From positions 101,666,472-101,730,471 of the forward strand of contig NC_081355.1 of assembly GCF_030684315.1 (NCBI RefSeq): a stretch of DNA of 64,000 nt. Direction: 5' to 3'. Shown here piece after piece: positions 52,001-64,000 of this stretch. Each line of letters starts with the position of its first letter. Within the stretch, counting starts at the first letter, position 1. The notes beneath the pieces were generated by a model, which searched no databases, had not been told where the DNA came from, and was given only the letters and a program-made list of their open reading frames with translations. The DNA is from Stegostoma tigrinum. Its lineage: Eukaryota. The translations under genes were made by a program, and so were the position numbers.

Positions 52001-53945
52001 ACTGACATCCATATTCTATAGATATAATCACAATATCCTTAGGGAGGGTGTTCCAGGATTGGTGACATATTTCAAAGTCAGAATGGTGAGTGCCTTGAAG
52101 GTGAACATACACACAATGGCTTTCCTATAAATCTGCACCCTGGGCCTTCCAGGTGGAACTGGTCTTGGGTTTGGAAGATGCTGTCTAAGGAGCCTTGGTG
52201 AATTTCTACAGCGCATCTTGCAGATGGCATCTTGCCACTACTGCTGAGCATCAGCGTGAAGGGAATAGATGTTTGTGGATATGGTGCCAATCAAGCAAGC
52301 TGTTTTGTCTTGGATGGTATCAAGCTGTTGCAGCTGCATTTATCCAGCCAAGTGGGGAATATTCTATCATACTCTTGAAATATGCTTTGTAAACGGTGTG
52401 CAGATTTTGGGGAGTCAGGAAGCAAGTTACAAGCTGTAGGGTTCACAGCATCTGACCTGCTTGTATAGCTACACACAAATATATATTATCGAATATATAC
52501 ACTACATCTAGCTAGTCCAAAGGTCAGTTTTGGCAAATGGTAACCCTCAGGATGTTGACAGTCAGAGATTAATTGATGGTAAACCCATTGAATGTCAAGG
52601 GATGATGGTTCAATTCTCTCTTGTTAGAAATGCTCACTGCTGAGCATTTATGTAGCACAAATGTTGTTTGCCACATGTCAGCCCAAGTCTTACTGCAATT
52701 AGACCTGCACTACCTCAGTACCTAAGGAGCTGCAAATGGTGCTGAACACTGCGCAATCATCAGAGACCATCCCACTTCTGACTTTATGGAGGATGGGAGT
52801 TTGTCAACGAAGCAGCTGGTTGGATCTAGGACACTACCCTGAGGAACTCGTGTAGAGATCTCCTGGAGCTGAGATGACTGGCATCCAACAACCATAACCA
52901 TCTTCTTTTGTGCCAAGAATGACTCCAATCAATGGAGAGCCAACCCCTGATTTCCACTGACTCCAGTTATGCGAGGGCTCCTTGGTGACACATCAAACGC
53001 ATCCTTGTCAACAGCTGTCATTCTCACCTAATCTCTGGAATTCAGCTCTTTTGTCTATGCTTAAGCCAAGCCTGTAAGTAAGGACTGGAGCTCAGCTGTC
53101 CTGTCAGAACCTAAACTGGGCACTGGGAAGCAGGTTATTGCAAAGCAAGAGCTGCCTAATAATACCGTTAATGACACCTCCTGTCACTTGACTGGTGGTC
53201 GAGCATAGACTGATGTGAAGGTGACTGGTCAGATTATGTTTGTCCTACGTTTTGACCACAGGGCGTACCTGGGCAATCTTCTACAGTGTTGGGAAAATGC
53301 CAGTGTCATAGCTGTACTGGAACAGCTTGTCTAGGAGTGCAACTGATTCTGGTGTACTAGTCTTCAGTACTTTTGCCAGAATGTTGAGACCCCACAGCCT
53401 TTGTAGTACCCAGAAATCTCAGCTGTTTTTGATATCACATGGGTGAATTGAATTAACTGAAAATTGGTGCAAATGCTTCAGCCTAATCTTTTGCACTGTT
53501 ATGCAGGGTCTTGCCCCACTGGGAGGGGAGAAGGTACATTTTGGAACCTTCTTCGCCAGTGGGTTGTTTTATTATCTACAATCATGACAGGACTGTACAG
53601 CTTAGATCTGATCTGTTGATTGTGGAATCACCTGGCTCCATCACTTGGGGCTTATGCTCTTTGGAATGCAAATCCAGTTTTATAGCTACACCAGATTGCC
53701 ACCTCATTTTTAGGAGTGCTGCTCCTAGTATGTCCTCCTGCATCCTTTAGCGAACTTGGGTTGATCCCCTGGTTTGATGATAACGGTACAGTGGATGTTG
53801 TGGTTGTGCTTAAGATTGCAGATTGTGTTCGAGTAACTATATTTCTGCTGTTGATAGCCCACAACACCTCATGGGTGCCCAGTTTTGAGTTGCTAGATCT
53901 GTTCAAAGTCTGTACCATTTAGCATGGTGACAATGCCATACAACC

Positions 53946-56619
53946 TCGTTAGGGGTTTACTACAGGCCCCCCAATAGCAGCAGGGAGATTGAAGAAAGCA
54001 TAGGTCGACAGATTTTGGAAAAGTGTGGAGCAGTAGGGTTGTTGTAATGGGTGACTTTAACTTTCCTAATATTGATTGGAACCTCCTTCGAGCAGAAGAT
54101 TTGAAATGGAGCTGTTTTTGTAAGGTGTGTTCAGGAGGGTTTCCTAACGCAGTACGTTGACAGGCCGACGAGGGGAGAGGCCATTCTAGACTTGGTGCTC
54201 GGAAACGAGCCGGGGCAGGTATCAGATCTTGTGGTGGGAGAGCATTTTGGTGATAGTGACCATAACTGCCTCACGTTCTACGTAGCTATGGAGAAGGAGA
54301 GGATTAGGCAAAATGGGAGGATATTTAATTGGGGAAGAGGAAACTATGATGCGATTAGACATGAGTTAGGAAGCATGGACTGGGAGCAGTTGTTCCATGG
54401 TAAGGGAACTATAGACATGTGGAGACTGTTTAAGGAACAGTTGTTGGGAGTGATGAGTAAATATGTCCCTCTGAGACAGGCAAGAAGGGGTAAGATAAAG
54501 GAACCTTGGATGACGAGAGCGGTGGAGCTTCTTGTGAAAAGGAAGAAGGTAGCTTACATAAGGTGGAGGAAGCTAGGGTCAAGTTCAGCTAGAGAGGATT
54601 ACATGCAGGCAAGGAAGGAGCTCAAAAATGGTCTGAGGAGAGCCAGGAGGGGGCACGAGAAAGGCTTGGCAGAAGGAATCCGGGAAAACACAAAGGCATT
54701 TTACACTTAGGTGAGGAATAAGAGAATGATCAAGGAAAGAGTAGGGCCGATCAGGGATAGCATAGGGAACATGTGTGTGGAGCCTGAGGAGGTAGGGGAA
54801 GCCCTAAATGAGTTTTTTGCTTCTGTCTTTACGAAAGAAACTAACTTTGTAGTGAATGAAACCTTTGAAGAGCAGGTGTGCATGCTGGAATGGATAGAGA
54901 TAGAGGAAGCTGATGTGCTGAAAATTGTCAAACATTAAGATTGACAAGTCGCCAGGCCCGGACCAGATTTGTCCTCGGCTGCTTTGGGAAGCGAGAAATG
55001 CAATTGCTTCGCCACTTGCGAAGATCTTTGCATCCTCGCTCTCCACTGGAGTCTTACCTGAGGACTGGAGAGAGGCAAATGTAATTCCTCTCTTCAAGAA
55101 AGGAAATAGGGAAATCCCCAGCAATTACAGACCAGTAAGTCTCACGTCTGTCGTCTGCAAGGCGTTAGAAAGGATTCTGAGGGATAAGATTTATGACCAT
55201 CTGGAAGAGCATGGCTTGATCAAATACAGTCAACACGGCTTTGTGAGGGGTTGGTCATGCCTTACAAACCTTATCGAGTTTTTTGAGGATGTGACTAGAA
55301 AAGTTGATGAGGGTCGAGCTGTGGATGTGGTGTATATGGACTTCAGTAAGGCATTTGATAAGGTTCCCCATGGTAGGCTCATTCAGAAGGTCAGGAGGAA
55401 TGGGATACAGGGGAACTTAGCTGCTTGGATACAGAATTGGCTGGCCAACAGAAGACAGCGAGTGGTAGTAGAAGGAAAATATTCTGCCTGGAAGTCAGTG
55501 GTGAGTGGGGTTCCACAGGGCTCTGTCCTTGGGCCTCTACTGTTTGTAATTTTTATTAATGACTTGGATGAGGGGATTGAAGGATGGGTCAGCAAGTTTG
55601 CAGACGACACAAAGGTCGGAGGTGTCGTTGACAGTGTAGAGGGCTGTTGTAGGCTGTCCTTGGGCCTCTACTGTTTGTAATTTTTATTAATGACTTGGAT
55701 GAGGGGATTGAAGGATGGGTCAGCAAGTTTGCAGACGACACAAAGGTCGGAGGTGTCGTTGACAGTGTAGAGGGCTGTTGTAGGCTGCAGCGGGACATTG
55801 ACAGGATGCAGAGATGGGCTGAGAGGTGGCAGATGGAGTTCAACCTGGATAAATGCGAGGTGATGCATTTTGGAAGGTCGAATTTGAAAGCTGAGTACAG
55901 GATTAAGGATAGGATTCTTGGCAGCGTGGAGGAACAGAGGGATCTTGGTGTGCAGATACATAGATCCCTTAAAATGGCCACCCAAGTGGACAGGGTTGTT
56001 AAGAAAGCATATGGTGTTTTGGCTTTCATTAACAGGGGGATTGAGTTTAAGAGTCGTGAGATCTTGTTGCAGCTCTATAAAACTTTGGTTAGACCGCACT
56101 TGGAATACTGTGTCCAGTTCTGGGCGTCCTATTATAGGAAAGATGTGGATGCTTTGGAGAGGGTTCAGAGGAGGTTTACCAGGATGCTGCCTGGACTGGA
56201 GGGCTTATCTTATGAAGAGAGGTTGACTGAGCTCGGTCTCTTTTCATTGGAGAAAAGGAGGAGGAGAGGGGACCTAATTGAGGTATACAAAATAATGAGA
56301 GGCATAGATAGGGTTGATAGCCAGAGACTATTTCCCAGGGCAGTAATGGCTAGCATGAGGGGTCATAGTTTTAAGCTGGTTGGTGGAAAGTATAGAGGGG
56401 ATGTCAGAGGCAGGTTCTTTACGCAGAGAGTTGTGAGAGCATGGAATGCGTTGCCAGCAGCAGTTATGGAAGCAAGGTCATTGGGGTCATTTAAGAGACT
56501 GCTGGACATGTATATGGTCACAGAAATTTGAGGGTGCATACATGAGGATCAATGGTCGGCACAACATTGTGGGCTGAAGGGCCTGTTCTGTGCTGTACTG
56601 TTCTATGTTCTATGTTCTA
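53946..56619 (+). mobile_element. Young CR1 LINE ORF2 (APE + RT) with few disruptions
   Basis: ORFs 54192, 54711, 54925, 55695 with all CR1 motifs; (TTCTATG)n tail. Confidence 0.97.
55523..55787 (+). repeat. 131-bp tandem duplication spanning the RT FADD motif
   Basis: Copies start at 55523 and 55654; CTG microhomology at the junction. Confidence 0.93.
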
Positions 56620-58133
56620 ACACAATGCAAGATATTCTCAATGTAAAGGGTGACTTTGATTCATACAAATTCTGCGGTGGTCATCCTTACCAATACCACC
56701 ATCAGTGGTTGGCAGATTGATGAGGACAAAGACAAGTATATTTTTCCCTCTTGCCACTTGCTGCAGACCCAGACTAGCATCAATGTCCTTTAGGACTCAA
56801 CCAGCTTTATAGTATGATGGTGACTGAAATCTCCCACTGAGAGTAAATTCTGGATCGTTGTCACCAGCAATGCTTTCTGTTTCAACACAGAGATGCAAAG
56901 ACACATCAGGCGAGAGAGGATGGTACGTGGTGAATCAATAAGAGGTTTCCTTGCCTATGTCTGACCTGGCAACATGTAACGTCACAATGTCTGAAGTTAA
57001 TGTTGAGGACTCTCATGGAGACTCCCTCATGACTGGATACCACTGTAACACTACTTCTACTCAGCCTGCTCTGCCAGTGGGGAACAAGACATACTCAGGG
57101 ATGATGATGGTGCCTAGTACATTCAGAGCAAGGTATGATTCTGTGAGTGTGACTATGTCAGGCCGTTCCTTGACCAGTCTATGAGACAGTTCTTACAATT
57201 TTGAATCTGCCCCAGATGTTTGTGAGGACATCGTAGGGTTGACATGGCTGTTTTTGCCGTTGTCATTTTCAATGCCTTATTTGACACTATGTGCTCAACT
57301 CTATTCCATTTTTTTGGGGGAAGTTGCTTAGTCATTGTTATAACAGTGACATGTTTGACCATTTTAGTGAGCAGTTAAGAATCCAGCACAGTGCTGCAGA
57401 GCTGGAGTCACATGTAGGTCATACCAGGTTAGGCTGGCAGATTCCCTTTCCTAAACAGTATCAGTGACCTGATTAGTTTTTCTGACAATAGATGGTGACT
57501 TCCACAGTCATCGTTAGAACCTTAATTCCAAATTTTTACTGAATCCAAATTCCATGAAGCCAGGTCTCCAGAACATTACCAAGCTTTCTAAATTAATAGT
57601 TTAGTGACATTACACTGGACCATTGTCTCCCCTTGAATCCCATGTTCCCTGTTGCCGATGTGGTTGCTGTGGACCTCACAGGCATCTAGCAGTTCCCATC
57701 TGATAGAGGTCTTCCAATCTTGTTGTAAGACATAGGAGCAAAAGTAGGTTAATCAGCCCATTGAGTCTGCTCCACCATTCCATAAACTCATGGCTAATCC
57801 AGTAACCCTTAACTCCACGTTCCTGCCTTTTCCCTATAACCCTTGATTTCCGTACTGATTAAAAATCCATCTATCTCAATCAATAACAACTCAGCCTCAA
57901 CAGTGTTCCTTGGTATTTCCACAGACTCTCTGCCACAGATGAATGCTTCCTAATCTCTGTCTTAAATGTGCATCCCCTAATTCTAAGATTATGCCCTCTG
58001 GTCTTAAAATCTCCTATAAGGGGAAACAACCTCTCCGCATGTACCCCTGTCAAATCAAAAACTGTGTGTTTCAAAAAGGTCACTTTTCATTCATCTAAAT
58101 TCTGAGCACAGGCCCAACCTACTGTATGCATAA

Positions 58134-58213
58134 GAGATAATGGGAACTGCAGATGCTGGAGAATCCAAGACAACAAAATGTGAGGCTGTTCATCCAGCCT
58201 CACATTTTGTTGT
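58134..58213. mobile_element. 80-bp minimal fold-back PLE insertion (21-bp perfect hairpin)
   Basis: AGACAACAAAATGTGAGGCTG-ttcatc-CAGCCTCACATTTTGTTGTCT; exact 15-bp TSD CTACTGTATGCATAA (58119-58133, 58214-58228). Confidence 0.9.
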
Positions 58214-59549
58214 CTACTGTATGCATAAAACAGTTCCTTCATACCTATTAGCCTGGTCAACATTCTCTGGACTGCCTACACTGCCAGCATCATTTTCTAT
58301 AACTAAAGAGCCCAAACCTGTTCACAGTACTCCAGCTATGATCTGACTAGTAGCCTGCAGCTTTTGTAAAACCTCTTACTTTTATATTCCATTCCTTTTG
58401 AAATAAAGGCCAACATTCCATTTGCCTTCCTTATTAACCCGAACTTTGATGCTAGCTTTTTGTGATTCATGCATGAGAATACCCAGATCCTTCTGTGCTG
58501 CAGCTTTGTCTTTCTCCATGTAAATAATATTCAGTTCCTCTATTCTACCTTCCAAGGACAATGGTATTTAAAAACAATAGATATCATGGAAGTTCTTCCA
58601 CTTGTACAAAAGTTCAAAAGGTAAGGGTTATAAATACATTAAAGAATTCAGAAGAAGTCTCTTTTCCCACAATGTGGTCTGAATGGGCAACTTTCTACCA
58701 TATGAATTGCTGAAGTAAATAATGTAGAGGCAATAGACAGTTATAGATAGGATAGACAGTTGTATATTATTATACCGATAGGCTTAAAAGAGGGATAGCA
58801 ACATTTGAAAAGGCAATATGGGCTGAAGCGCCTGCCTCTATGCTGTAGTTTCAGCATACTAAGTGACTAAAACTACTCCAGTAATTACAAACAAGTTTAA
58901 ACCATGTCTGCATTTTGCACTAACTAATTTGATTTTCACATATTTCAACAGTTAACCGTTATTCTACTTGGTGGATGTTTGAGACAACTTAAATGAATTT
59001 CTTTCCCTTAAATCCTTTATGGTATACTGGGTAGTAAGGTTAGATCACATGGGATCCAGAGAGAACTATCCAATTGGAAGCAAAATTGGTTTGAAGGTAG
59101 GAGGCAAAGGGTGGTGATAAAAGGTTGCCTTTTAGACTGGAGGCCTGTCACCATGGGTATGCCACAAGGATCAGTACTGGGCTCACTGATTTTTGCCATT
59201 TATATAAATGATTTGTATGTGAATATAGTTGGCACAGTTAATAAGTTTGCAGATGACATCAAAATAGGTTGTGTCATGGTTAGTGAAGAAGGTTACCTCA
59301 AAGTCAACAGTACTTTGATTAGATGGATCCATGAGCTGAGAAGTGGCAGACGGAATTTAGTTTAGATAAATGTGAGGTTCCTACAGATTTCTAGAAACGG
59401 CAGTATTTCGGGCAGTATTTCGCTTTCAGTTTTAGCATTAATTTCTTTACATTCTACATTAATGAATTCTGCACTCTGCAGCATTAACAGATGTAAAATG
59501 TGTTGTGTTCCAAAATAATGCATTAAGCTACTACTTAAAGAATACTTAC

Positions 59550-59608
59550 GTAAAATAAGTGGGATATCCTGCATTCACAAACCAGCAGTACTTTTTGGCT
59601 GCTGCACT
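59550..59608 (-). CDS. VOPP1: VOPP1-family protein, exon equivalent to VOPP1 exon 2 (59 nt)
   Basis: tttttttatttcctcag acceptor, gtaagt donor; SAAAKKYCWFVNAGYPTYFT vs VOPP1 CTEAKKHCWYFEGLYPTYYI; phases 0/2. Confidence 0.93.
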
Positions 59609-60866
59609 CTGAGGAAATAAAAAAAAGTTTAGTTGGACCATGCAAAGTAGAATGTGTCAATAATTAATCATAGGGATTCATTCATTTAATCATAAATACC
59701 TACACTAAAGCATAAAAATGTTTTCTTCCTTGAGGCAGTTGAGGACCATATTCCAAAAGTGATCAGTACAGATAATTCGTTTACATTTAGCTACCATTTT
59801 CTTGTAAACTTTGTTCACAGAACATCACTTGGAAATTCAATGGATCTTTGGAAACCACATGAACTACTTCATCAGGTGCCAAGACCATTCTAAGTTTGCT
59901 GGAAAGAGGATACAATATTTCTTGCTAAGTTATTTTCACATTCTCCTCTAGTCAAAGCCAACGTTTAAGATTTTTTTTTCATATCTAGGTAATTTCAAAC
60001 ATTTAAATCAGATAAATGGACCTTTTTCCATCGGGGCATAGGAGCTTGATGGGTGACGTTATGGACGTTTATAAAATCATGAGGGGTGTACAGCAGGTGA
60101 ACGGCACATGTCTTTCCCCTATGGTGGGGGATTTCAAAACTGGGGGCATATTTTTAAGATTAGAGGAGAAATATTTAAAAAGGACACGAGGAGCAACTTT
60201 GTTTTTTTTTTACAGAGAGTGGTTCATGTGTGAAATGAATTTCCAGGGGAAGTGGTGGATGTGGGTACAGGTACAACATTTAAAAAATGTTCGGCTAAGT
60301 ACGTGAATAAAGAAAGCTTGGAAGGATATGGGCCAAGCATAGGCAGACAGGACTAGTTTACTTTGAGGTCACAGTCAGCATGGACTGGTTGGACCAAAGG
60401 GTCTGCTTCTGTGCTGTTTGACTCCATGTTTAGTTCCGCACACTCTTCACTAACTTGTTCATTGTGCTTGCAGCACACACTGTGATGCATCCAAGTGTAA
60501 AATGTCACCTAACATCATGACAACTCTTCGTTCCCCTGCTGTCTTATTTGTACATAATCTCAACACTTCAGATTTAAAAAGGGAGGCACACCAATTTCAA
60601 AGATCACTTCATTACTTTGCTCCCTTCAGTAGCAGTTATCTAACTTATTCAATATAAAACATAGGTGTCATCACAGGGGTGTTTGAAATGCTTTTACATC
60701 AGAACAGTCACGGCATATTGTGGTTCTTTTTCTCCCAAATAATTTTTTAGCGCTCCCAATTCCTCTTCAATATCACATCCAACTCTTCAAACAGTTTTGC
60801 TTTTATTCTTTCTACCTGCTCCTTAATGGACAATGCAGGTTCACTCCTTTAAAAAGAAGTGCTTAC

Positions 60867-60977
60867 ACAGAGTTCATACCTGTATAGTAAGAAGCCGTTC
60901 TGCACATCATGCATTCACACCGAGAGGTCATCAAAGCAGTCACTTTTACCAGAAACCAGCACCACTAGACTACAAAT
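60867..60977 (-). other. Candidate exon of uncertain role
   Basis: Acceptor ttttatttattccatttgtgtcag; two donors, CAG|gtatga (60880) and TGT|gtaagc (60867). Confidence 0.4.
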
Positions 60978-63110
60978 CTGACACAAATGGAATAAATAAA
61001 ATCCTGTTTTTTCACTCAAACAGACTTCAAGACATTTAGAAGCAGTTTAAGGATATTTCAGGATTAATGTTACAGTTAGGGGAAGGTCACATTGCACAAT
61101 CAAATGATTTGCTGGGAATGAAAGGGATCAAAATGCATTTTAATTTGCTAGGAATATTGGATGTGTTTTCAGGAAGACAGACTGTATTCTGTCCATTTTT
61201 ACACAAAAGCTATCAGTATCTTGGCACTGACAGATTGTTTTCAGACTTTTTTCCACAATGACAGAGCTGACACCATTGGCTATAATGTCAGTGACATATT
61301 CACAAGTATTAGTGGTTGAACCCACATGCCTTGTACGCAAATTGAGCTTTGACTTGCATTAAAATACATCATTTCTAAACTAAAGTAAATTTCACTCCTA
61401 ACAAGTAGTACTGAATATCTAACGTGCACATCTGCATGCATGATGGGGTTTAAACAAAGCCAAGATGTGTGCTGAAGCGGGATATCATAGTATTAATTAA
61501 GCCAATTTCCCATCTCTTTTATTATTAGAATTGTGTGTGTGGAAGTGCAAACTGATTATGAACCAAAGACTGATAACATGATTTTGATCACTTCTTTGAT
61601 GATTGTTGTGCCTTCAGTGGTTTAAACCCCAAGATCTGCAATCATCTCCCCAACTCTATATCTCCAAGACACTTAAAACCAGCCACATCTAACAAACTTT
61701 CATTAACAGATTTTGTTTCATGATGTTTTGAACTGCTGGATTAAATACACTGTATAAATGCGATTCACAGTTGCTAGTGAAAGATCAGATTGAGGAGAGA
61801 AAACAAAGAGATAAGAGAGAAAACTACAAGTATAAATATCTGACAGTGTACTTGAACGAGATTCCACAATTCCAAATGTTCCCTTTCTAGGTTTGAGAGG
61901 TCAAATGGCATTGTAGTAACTTAAATCTCAATAGGTACCAGCAGCAGCTTTAACTATTTGCAGCAAACTTAATTGGTCACAAAACAAGACAACTTCTCAA
62001 AGGTCATGAATCTGTGGAATTCACTAGCTCAGACTGTGGTGGATGCTAGGAAATTGAGTAAACTTAAGGTCAAGATGGACGGTTTTTAGTTAGTAATGAG
62101 TTGAAGGATTATGAAGAGTGGGCAGAAAAGTGGAGATGAGATCAGCCATGATTATCTTAACTGGAAGAGTAGGTTTGAGCTGAATTGCCTACTCCTATTC
62201 CTAGTCCTTCTGTTGTGTTCTTGGACTTGAGGGAAAATTAAGTGAAAATAACAATCTTGTGAGGCTGACATAGAGCAAGGTAAATCATCCAGCAACTTGT
62301 GATTCGAAATTCATTCATCAGCCCATATTGATTGGAAAATTATACACAAATGTGCATGTTAAACAGGCACTTTGGTCCTTCAAGCCTGTGCTGCCATATT
62401 TTGCCCTTCCATGTTAAAACTGTCTTCACTTACAGGATCCGTATCCCTCTATTCCGTTCCTATTCATATATTGGTCCAGGTGCTTCTTGAATGCTGCCAT
62501 TGTGTCTGCTTCCACCACTTCTGGCAACATGTTCCGGGTACTCACCATCCTTTGTGTGAAAAACATGCCTCACACATCTCTTTTAAAAACTTCCCCTCTC
62601 GCACCTTGAATCTGTGCCGCCTAGCAATTGACCTCTCCAGCCTGGGAAAAAGCCTCATACTTTCCACTCTATCCATGCCACTCACAACCTTACAACTTCT
62701 ATTAGGTCGCATCTCAAGCTCCTACGTTCTGGTGAAAATATAACAAGTCTATCCAACCTTGGGTCCAGCAGCAGGTCCATAAAAATTGTGTCAAGACAAT
62801 GTTCCAGTGCTAAAACTGCAGGTGTCTGCTTTACAGTAGTTAATAATAATTAAGACCAAAATGGCACACTAATACCAGAGTTTCAAACAAGCATGTGTCT
62901 TATAAGTACAAAAACCATTTCACACGTTTTTACCTGTGCACCAAAATCACCACAACCTCCATCTGGCACTCCACGTCTTGATCAAGCTGACCACATTTAA
63001 ATTTTAAGAACTAGAATATCAAATTTCACTTTAGCGTGGTGAAAAGAAAACCACTTTTTCCTGCATTCTGTTACTCTTTCCATTTTCAAGTTACAGTCCA
63101 ACATACTTAC

Positions 63111-63153
63111 CAACAAATCGATAAGAGATGTTGGGATCACAAGACAGCATAGC
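63111..63153 (-). other. Candidate 43-nt exon, reading frame and gene unassigned
   Basis: ttcattagtttcag acceptor and consensus TG|gtaagt donor; open in two frames (AMLSCDPNISYRFV or LCCLVIPTSLIDLL). Confidence 0.55.
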
Positions 63154-64000
63154 CTGAAACTAATGAAAGGCAGGACAGACAGGACATGGGGCTGGCAATG
63201 GGGATGGGGTACTGAAGTTGAGAAGGCAAATCAACCTGAGCATTAGAACCTTATGGCTTTTCATCACCTCATCTAAAAGGCAAAGATTGCTTGCAAATTG
63301 ATTTCAATTCTCCAAATTGTGTGTTGGGGGATGTTGATAGTTTTAGCACCAAGCAAAGAGAACCCACCATTTGGGGAGCGAGTTAAAACATAAGAGAAAT
63401 CAATTACGGAGTCTTTGATAATGACTTTAAGACTTTCAGCCTATCTACCTGTCAACTAGGAAATGGTGAGCAGCACAGCTGGAGGGATTAGAAATCTGAC
63501 ACAAAAATTGTGAAAACAAAATTTTCCAGTTATCTTTTAAGTAATTCTCAAACCACGAATATACTACTGCACACGCTAAGCAACGAACAATGCCTTTCTG
63601 CTTGTATGTGTTCTTGAAGAGCTGAAGTCAGAATGTACCTTCCAAGGTCTGTCATTTAAGTTATAACTGGCATTAATCCAATGGTCCAATTTACACCTTG
63701 GATTTTGACTGCCTCTCCTCAGACAATTCCACAAGCAGCAAATCAATTTTGTCTCCTTTTTTTTTAAAATCTTCAGCAACAGACTATGGAAACAATAAGA
63801 TCATTATTAGCTGTGGTTTACCAAAACAAAACAGCCACTCAGACTCAGGCATTTACTTGCATTGTGCTATTTACTTTCTGCTGTAGTAAAAAAAACCATG
63901 CTCTTCAATCCTTTCTGCACGTACACCAGCAGGTTCCACAACAGTGTGATCATTCATTTTACTCATACTTCAAAAAATGTATCACAATTTCCTACTTGCT

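Larger units (their letters stand above)
52000..57300 (-). mobile_element. Old CR1/L2-group LINE interrupted by the young CR1 at 53946-56619
   Basis: ORF 52722..52928 VPQGSVLDPT; 3' region matches 26940-27130; boundaries approximate. Confidence 0.65.

Overview
Eukaryotic vertebrate genomic DNA, very likely a cartilaginous fish (shark-type repeat landscape of CR1 LINEs, tRNA-headed SINEs and Penelope-like elements). One host gene is clearly present: a VOPP1-family (WBP1/VOPP1) single-pass membrane protein on the minus strand. It has four canonical GT-AG coding exons (59608-59550, 43559-43482, 35777-35626, 26607-26414; 483 nt = 160 aa + stop), an AT-rich 3' UTR and a poly(A) signal near 24960. 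Its signal-peptide exon is not securely found; two candidate exons at 63111-63153 and 60867/60880-60977 are ambiguous. The rest is nested mobile DNA: CR1 LINEs, two families of Penelope-like elements (PLEs), a Gmr1-type Gypsy with integrase before RT and a solo LTR in its zinc knuckle, a second Gypsy, a retroviral pol relic in intron 4, a Rex1-type LINE and SINEs. Highlights: (1) a family of tiny fold-back PLE-derived insertions with 10-15 bp target-site duplications (TSDs) carrying minimal hammerhead ribozyme cores, in one case on both strands; (2) decayed, unassignable ORF-like tracts on both strands in the first 12.4 kb that may be an ancient endogenous DNA-virus or large-transposon relic; (3) a CR1 insertion at the predicted branch point of a VOPP1 intron. 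Everything was read by eye; boundaries of degraded repeats are approximate.
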